From Candidatus Marinacidobacterales bacterium (lineage in GTDB: Bacteria > Acidobacteriota > Vicinamibacteria > Marinacidobacterales > SMYC01), in the NCBI GenBank assembly GCA_965224085.1, contig CBDCYI010000004.1, positions 128,001 to 192,000 on the forward strand: 64,000 bases of DNA, read 5' to 3'. This document shows positions 59,292 to 64,000 of this stretch, piece by piece. A program made the position numbers and the translations under genes. Below the pieces are notes generated by a model, which saw only the letters and a list, made by a program, of their open reading frames with translations, was not told the DNA's origin and did no database searches. How positions within the stretch are numbered: the stretch's first letter is position 1; each line of letters opens with the position of its first letter.

Positions 59292-60691
59292 CGACCGTCC
59301 AAGAAGTCGTAGCCCGCGCGCGAGGGGCGCAGCGGGAGCTCGCGAAACTCGACCAAGCAGGCGTCGACGACATCGTCACCGCAGTCGCTTGGGTTATGGT
59401 CGGAAACGCCGAGCGACTCGCCAAGCTCGCCGTCGAGGAGACGGGACTCGGCAATGTCGACGACAAGATCAAGAAGAACCGGCGCAAGACGATGGGTACG
59501 CTTTACGACCTACAAGGCGCCAAGTCCGTAGGCATTTTGAAAGAAGACCGAGAGCGAGGGATCACTGAAATCGCGAAGCCCGTCGGCGTCGTCGCAGCCG
59601 TAACACCAGTGACGAATCCCGGCGCGACGCCTATCAACAACATCATGATCACCTTGAAAGGACGAAACGCCGTCGTGCTGGCGCCACACCCGAAAGCCGA
59701 GGACACCTGCACCGAGCTCGTCCGTCTCGTTCACGATGCGCTCGATAAGTTGGGCGTGCCGCGCGACGCGGTGCAGCTTTTGAGCCTTCGAGCGAAGAAC
59801 AAACAAGAGAGCAAAGCTCGCGCTCAGGAGCTCATGGCGCTCGCGGATCTCGTCGTCGTGACGGCGGGTCCGGCCAACGTGCTCGCCGGCTATCGAAGCG
59901 GGACGCCCGCGCTCGGCGTGGGGCGCGGCAACGCTCCGGTGATCGTGGACGCGAGCGCGGATATCGACGCCGCGGCGGACAAGATCCTCCGGAGCGCGAC
60001 GTTCGACCACGCGACGAGCTGCTCGTCGGAGAACTCGTTGCACGTGGAGGCGTCGGTTTACGACAAAGTGCTCGCGGCACTCGAGGCGCGGGGTGCGTAC
60101 CTCGCTCGCGGCGAGGAAAAGTCGGCGCTCGAAGGGGCACTCTGGAAAAACGGCGTGCTCGACCGACGGCTTGTCGCACAATCCCCGGCCGCGGTCGCCG
60201 AGGCCGCCGGGTTGACGCACGAAGCGGCCGCGAAGGCCCGACTCTTTCTCGTCGAAGAAGAGGGCGTCGGGCCCGATTATCCATTCTCCGGCGAAAAGCT
60301 CGCTCCGGTCGTCAGCGTCTATCGATGGGAACGCTTCGACGAGGTGCTCGCGACGATCGACCGCATTTTGGACTATCAAGGCCTCGGCCATTCGGTCGGC
60401 ATCCACTCCCGTGACGACGAGCGCATCGAAACGCTCGCACATCGGGCCAAAGTCTGCCGCGTGCTCGTCAATCAAGCCCATTGCATCGGCAATGGCGGGG
60501 ATTTCGTGAACGGTCTCGACTTCACTTTATCGCTCGCCGCCGGCACATGGGGCGGGAACAGCACGTCGGACAACATTACTTATCGGCACTTTCTCAACAT
60601 CACCCGGCTCTCACGCCCGATCGCAGCCGAACCGCCGAGCGAAGCGGATCTCTTCGGCGACTACTGGGAGCGATTCGGTATCACGCCATGA
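59288..60691 (+). CDS. sauS: Acylating aldehyde dehydrogenase, SauS (sulfoacetaldehyde dehydrogenase)-like
   Basis: ETGLGNV.DK..KNRRKT.GTL, P.TNPGATP.N, FDHATSCSSEN, GEKL, HCIGNGG.F.NGL.F.LS...GTWG. Confidence 0.7.
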   Translation: MTTVQEVVARARGAQRELAKLDQAGVDDIVTAVAWVMVGNAERLAKLAVEETGLGNVDDKIKKNRRKTMGTLYDLQGAKSVGILKEDRERGITEIAKPVGVVAAVTPVTNPGATPINNIMITLKGRNAVVLAPHPKAEDTCTELVRLVHDALDKLGVPRDAVQLLSLRAKNKQESKARAQELMALADLVVVTAGPANVLAGYRSGTPALGVGRGNAPVIVDASADIDAAADKILRSATFDHATSCSSENSLHVEASVYDKVLAALEARGAYLARGEEKSALEGALWKNGVLDRRLVAQSPAAVAEAAGLTHEAAAKARLFLVEEEGVGPDYPFSGEKLAPVVSVYRWERFDEVLATIDRILDYQGLGHSVGIHSRDDERIETLAHRAKVCRVLVNQAHCIGNGGDFVNGLDFTLSLAAGTWGGNSTSDNITYRHFLNITRLSRPIAAEPPSEADLFGDYWERFGITP

Positions 60692-61746
60692 ACTTCGACG
60701 AGCAAACGGCGAAAGAGCTTCTCGAAGCGCGGGGGATCCGCATCCCGCGCGGCCGACTCGCCACAACTGCCGAAGTGGCAGCCGCAGTCGCGAGCGAGCT
60801 AGGAAAGTCGGTCGTGCTCAAACCACTGCTCCCGACCGGGCGACGCGGCAAAGCCGGGCTCATCCGCTTCGCCGAGGACGCGCGTGCGGCCTTGGCGGAA
60901 GCTGCGGATCTCTTGGCGCACGCGGAACGTCTCCGCGTTGAAGAGCGCGTGCCCATCGAGCGCGAGCTCTATGCCGGCATCGTCACCGATCGCAGCGCAA
61001 AATCGCCGATGATGATCTTCTCGCCGGAAGGCGGCGTCGACGTCGAGACGGCGCAGCACGTCACGAAGAGGCCCATCGATATACGGCGCGGCGTGAGTGC
61101 CTCCACCCTCGAGTCCTTTCCCGAGAACGTGCGCGCGGTGCTCGAGACGTTGTACGAAGCTTATCGGGCACTCGATGCCGATTTGCTCGAGATCAATCCC
61201 CTTGCTGTGACCACGGCGGGAGAGCTCATAGCACTCGACGCAAAGCTCGTCGTCGATGACAGCGCGCTCGCGCGACACGCGGAGCTGCCGCGGCCACCGA
61301 GCGAGGGCACGCCGCTCGAGAAAAAGGCGAGAGAGGCCGGCCTCTACTACATCGAGCTCGACGGCGATGTCGGGGTCCTCGCGAACGGCGCGGGGCTCAC
61401 CATGGCCACCCTCGATGCGGTGCGTTTTTACGGCGGTCGGCCCGCGAACTTCATGGAAATCGGCGGCGATGCCTATCGCAAAGCAAAAGAAGCTCTCGAG
61501 ATCGTTTTGGGGAATCCACGCGTTCGCAGCTTGCTCGTGAATCTTTGCGGCGCCTACGCCCGCACCGACGTGATGATCGACGGCTTTCTCACCGGCTGGC
61601 AGGCGCTCGCACCCTCTGTACCCGTGGTGTTCAGCATTCACGGCACGGGCGAAGCACGCGCGGTCGAGCTCGTCAACAAGACTCTCGGCCTCCAGCCTTT
61701 CGATGAGATGGACGACGCGGTCAAAGAGGCGATCCGCCGTGTCTAG
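60688..61746 (+). CDS. ADP-forming acyl-CoA ligase beta subunit (SucC-like; candidate sulfoacetate-CoA ligase)
   Basis: GRRGKAG, EINPL, LDAK, NGAGL.MAT.D, PANFMEIGG. Confidence 0.85.
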   Translation: MNFDEQTAKELLEARGIRIPRGRLATTAEVAAAVASELGKSVVLKPLLPTGRRGKAGLIRFAEDARAALAEAADLLAHAERLRVEERVPIERELYAGIVTDRSAKSPMMIFSPEGGVDVETAQHVTKRPIDIRRGVSASTLESFPENVRAVLETLYEAYRALDADLLEINPLAVTTAGELIALDAKLVVDDSALARHAELPRPPSEGTPLEKKAREAGLYYIELDGDVGVLANGAGLTMATLDAVRFYGGRPANFMEIGGDAYRKAKEALEIVLGNPRVRSLLVNLCGAYARTDVMIDGFLTGWQALAPSVPVVFSIHGTGEARAVELVNKTLGLQPFDEMDDAVKEAIRRV

Positions 61747-62614
61747 CGTTTTCGCGCAAGCGCCGAGAGTCGTCGTCCAAGGCATCACTGGACGCGAAGC
61801 GCGTTTCTGGACGGAGCGCATGATCGCCTGCGGGACGCCGATCGTCGCGGGCATAACACCCAAAAAAGGCGGTCAACACGTTGACGCCATCCCCGTTTAC
61901 GACAGCGTCGAGGAGGCGGTAGGGCAACACAGCGCGACGACATCGGTCCTCTTTGTCCCACCGCGCGCGGCGAAAAGCGCCGCAGTCGAAGCCATGGCCG
62001 CCGGGATCGAGACCATCGTCTTGCTCACCGAGCACATTCCGGTCCACGACACGATGGAGCTCCTCGCAGAGGCCGACGAGCGCGATGTGAGCATCCTGGG
62101 CCCGAACTCTCCCGGCATGGCCGTTCCTGGGAGCTACTTCCTCGGCATCCTGCCTGCGTGGGAGCCGACGATTTTCTCTCCCGGTCCTATCGGCGTCGCC
62201 AGTCGGAGCGGCAGTCTCGGTACGCTCGTTTGCGTCGAGCTCGTCCGGCGCGGTTTCGGACAATCCGCCTTTCTCGGCATCGGCGGCGACCCGATCCTCG
62301 GGACGACGTTTTACGATTGCCTCAACGCCTTCGAGGCTGACCCGGGAACAAAAGCCGTCGTTCTCCTCGGCGAGATCGGGGGCGCGATGGAAGAAGACGC
62401 TGCGGCGTTCATCGCGGAGATGTCGAAGCCTGTCGTCGCGTTCATCGGCGGGTCGAGCGCTCCAGAAGGCCGGAAGATGGGCCACGCGGGTGCGATCGTC
62501 GCGGGCAACAAGGGGACGGCGCAGTCGAAGATCGCAGCGCTCCGAGAGGCTGGGGCTCATGTGGCGGAGGTCCCCTCTCACGTGGGACGTCTCGTGGCTG
62601 AGCTAGCGAGATAG
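61739..62614 (+). CDS. ADP-forming acyl-CoA ligase alpha subunit (SucD-like)
   Basis: QGITG, GPNSPG, SRSGSL, GGDP, GEIGG, MGHAGA (phospho-His). Confidence 0.88.
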   Translation: MSSVFAQAPRVVVQGITGREARFWTERMIACGTPIVAGITPKKGGQHVDAIPVYDSVEEAVGQHSATTSVLFVPPRAAKSAAVEAMAAGIETIVLLTEHIPVHDTMELLAEADERDVSILGPNSPGMAVPGSYFLGILPAWEPTIFSPGPIGVASRSGSLGTLVCVELVRRGFGQSAFLGIGGDPILGTTFYDCLNAFEADPGTKAVVLLGEIGGAMEEDAAAFIAEMSKPVVAFIGGSSAPEGRKMGHAGAIVAGNKGTAQSKIAALREAGAHVAEVPSHVGRLVAELAR

Positions 62615-62690
62615 CAGGCTCGGAGTTCGCTAATTTCCTCTCAACTCTCGAACGACAGGTTTATTTACAATCGCCCAACGCAGTGGCAAG

Positions 62691-62972
62691 ATGGATGAAC
62701 CACGTTGTCCCTTGCCGCCCGCGCTTCCTACCTCCTGTCTCGCCCCCACTTTCCCTTGATCGCGGGCTGCGTTGCGGTGCTCTTCACCTTGCCTTCCGTC
62801 TGGAATGAGTGTCGCGGTGCTCGAGCTGACGGACGAAGGCTTGCCCAGGGAGGTCGTCTATCGATTCGACGTCCCTCTGGAAGACGCCTCGCTGCGATGG
62901 GTGTCTCTCGAGGGAGGCGTCTATATCCCCGCCACCCCGCCCGAAATCGGATCGTCGGTTGTCCTCGAGTAG
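62691..62972 (+). pseudogene. Remnant joining the N- and C-termini of a larger membrane protein
   Basis: Hydrophobic N-terminal piece (...VAVLFTLPSVW) followed out of frame by VLELTDEGLP...YRFDVPLED...P.IG....L*. Confidence 0.45.
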
Positions 62973-63104
62973 GGTCGGCCGGTCGCCGTGGCTCGACGCG
63001 CAAGAGCTATCGCCGAAGGCAAAGCAGATCGGCAGACTGTGTCTTTCTCCTCGCGAACGGTCTTCGACGCTCATACCGTCCTTGCAGATCCACGCTGAGG
63101 AGCT

Positions 63105-64000
63105 TCAGTTGCTCGGTCGCTCGTAGTTCTCGTGCACCGGTGGCAGGAACATCTGAGCGATAGCCTGCGCGTGCTTCCTGGAATCGAAGGGCAGCGCGTT
63201 CGCCTGTACTGCCACGACGAGATCGTATTCCGGGTAGTTCAAGACGACCGAGCGCGTCCCCTTCACCGTGCCGGTCTTGTTGATGTACCAGTGGCCTTTG
63301 GCGTCCTGATCGAGTTGAAATCCGAGCGCCATCTTGAAGTCCCGCTTCACCGTCTCGCCGTTTCGATTGAGCTGCATGACAGGGTCGACATGAACGGCGT
63401 ACATCGTGGCGAGCGTAGCCGGCTTCATTAGCGTGCCGTCGTTGAGCGCCTGACCGAACCGTACGAGATCTTCCACCGTGGACAGCATCCCGCCGCCGGC
63501 GTACTTGTAGCTGGGATCGACGTAGCGTACGTTGACGAGGAGGCCGCGCTCGTTCCGAACGTAGCCCCGGCCGCGTTTGTACACGATGCGCGAAGGGACA
63601 TCGAACGAAGAGCTCAACATTCCCGCGGGCTCCCAGACGAAGCGCCTCATGTACTCTTCGAACCGCAGGCCGCTCGCTGTTTCCACGACACCCTGTAGAA
63701 GGTTGAACGCGTGCGAGGAGTACAAATAGAGGGCACCCGGCTCGAACATCAACGGGTCGTCCCGAAAGTGCTCGATGGCCTCTCCGATGTCCTCGAAGTG
63801 GCGGGCCTCGAAGAGCCCGTGAGGGCCGAACTCACCGTCACGATAATGTCGAATGCCCGAGGTGTGCGTGAGGATGTGCTCCAACGTGATAGGGGCTCGC
63901 TTTTCCGGATAGCTCGGTACGTATTCCTGGATGCGATCGTCGAGGCTCACCTTTCCGCGCTCCACGAGCTGCATCACGCCGCCGACCGCCAGGACCTTGG
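63105..64000 (-). CDS. Serine hydrolase (beta-lactamase class C-like), 5'-partial
   Basis: LTHTSG, FEPG..Y.YSS, GGG..ST..DL.RF; runs off the window edge. Confidence 0.88.
   Translation of the reverse strand, partial: KVLAVGGVMQLVERGKVSLDDRIQEYVPSYPEKRAPITLEHILTHTSGIRHYRDGEFGPHGLFEARHFEDIGEAIEHFRDDPLMFEPGALYLYSSHAFNLLQGVVETASGLRFEEYMRRFVWEPAGMLSSSFDVPSRIVYKRGRGYVRNERGLLVNVRYVDPSYKYAGGGMLSTVEDLVRFGQALNDGTLMKPATLATMYAVHVDPVMQLNRNGETVKRDFKMALGFQLDQDAKGHWYINKTGTVKGTRSVVLNYPEYDLVVAVQANALPFDSRKHAQAIAQMFLPPVHENYERPSN

Noticed and set aside
1-64000. CRISPR array or cas genes
   Set aside because: No regularly spaced 25-45-bp direct repeats and no Cas-like ORF were seen.

Overview
GC-rich bacterial window, probably from a diderm (TonB, a TonB-dependent receptor, a Tat-like signal). 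The gene repertoire resembles Acidobacteriota/Vicinamibacteria, but that is inference only. From left to right it holds: a partial ASPIC/UnbV gene ending in a 165-bp fold-back MITE-like element; an ExeA-PEGA ATPase and a TPR/TonB gene; three GT-C-like or other polytopic membrane proteins; a Co-type nitrile hydratase operon whose alpha subunit carries a twin-arginine signal-like N-terminus; tRNA-Arg(ACG) and tRNA-Glu(CTC); a 950-aa orphan protein; a decayed integron-like cassette array (attC sites plus toxin-antitoxin genes) invaded by IS110 and IS1595 remnants; a nine-gene glycan-modification operon; an IS6 element whose right inverted repeat is split by an intact IS110 whose non-coding end carries a guide-like copy of that target; an xsc operon; a CxxC/RAPP leader peptide ahead of a TonB-dependent receptor; and a DASS-sauS-sucCD-like (sulfoacetate activation) operon. 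Many genes are truncated or fused at deletion-like junctions. All assignments come from motif recognition by eye; no searches were run.
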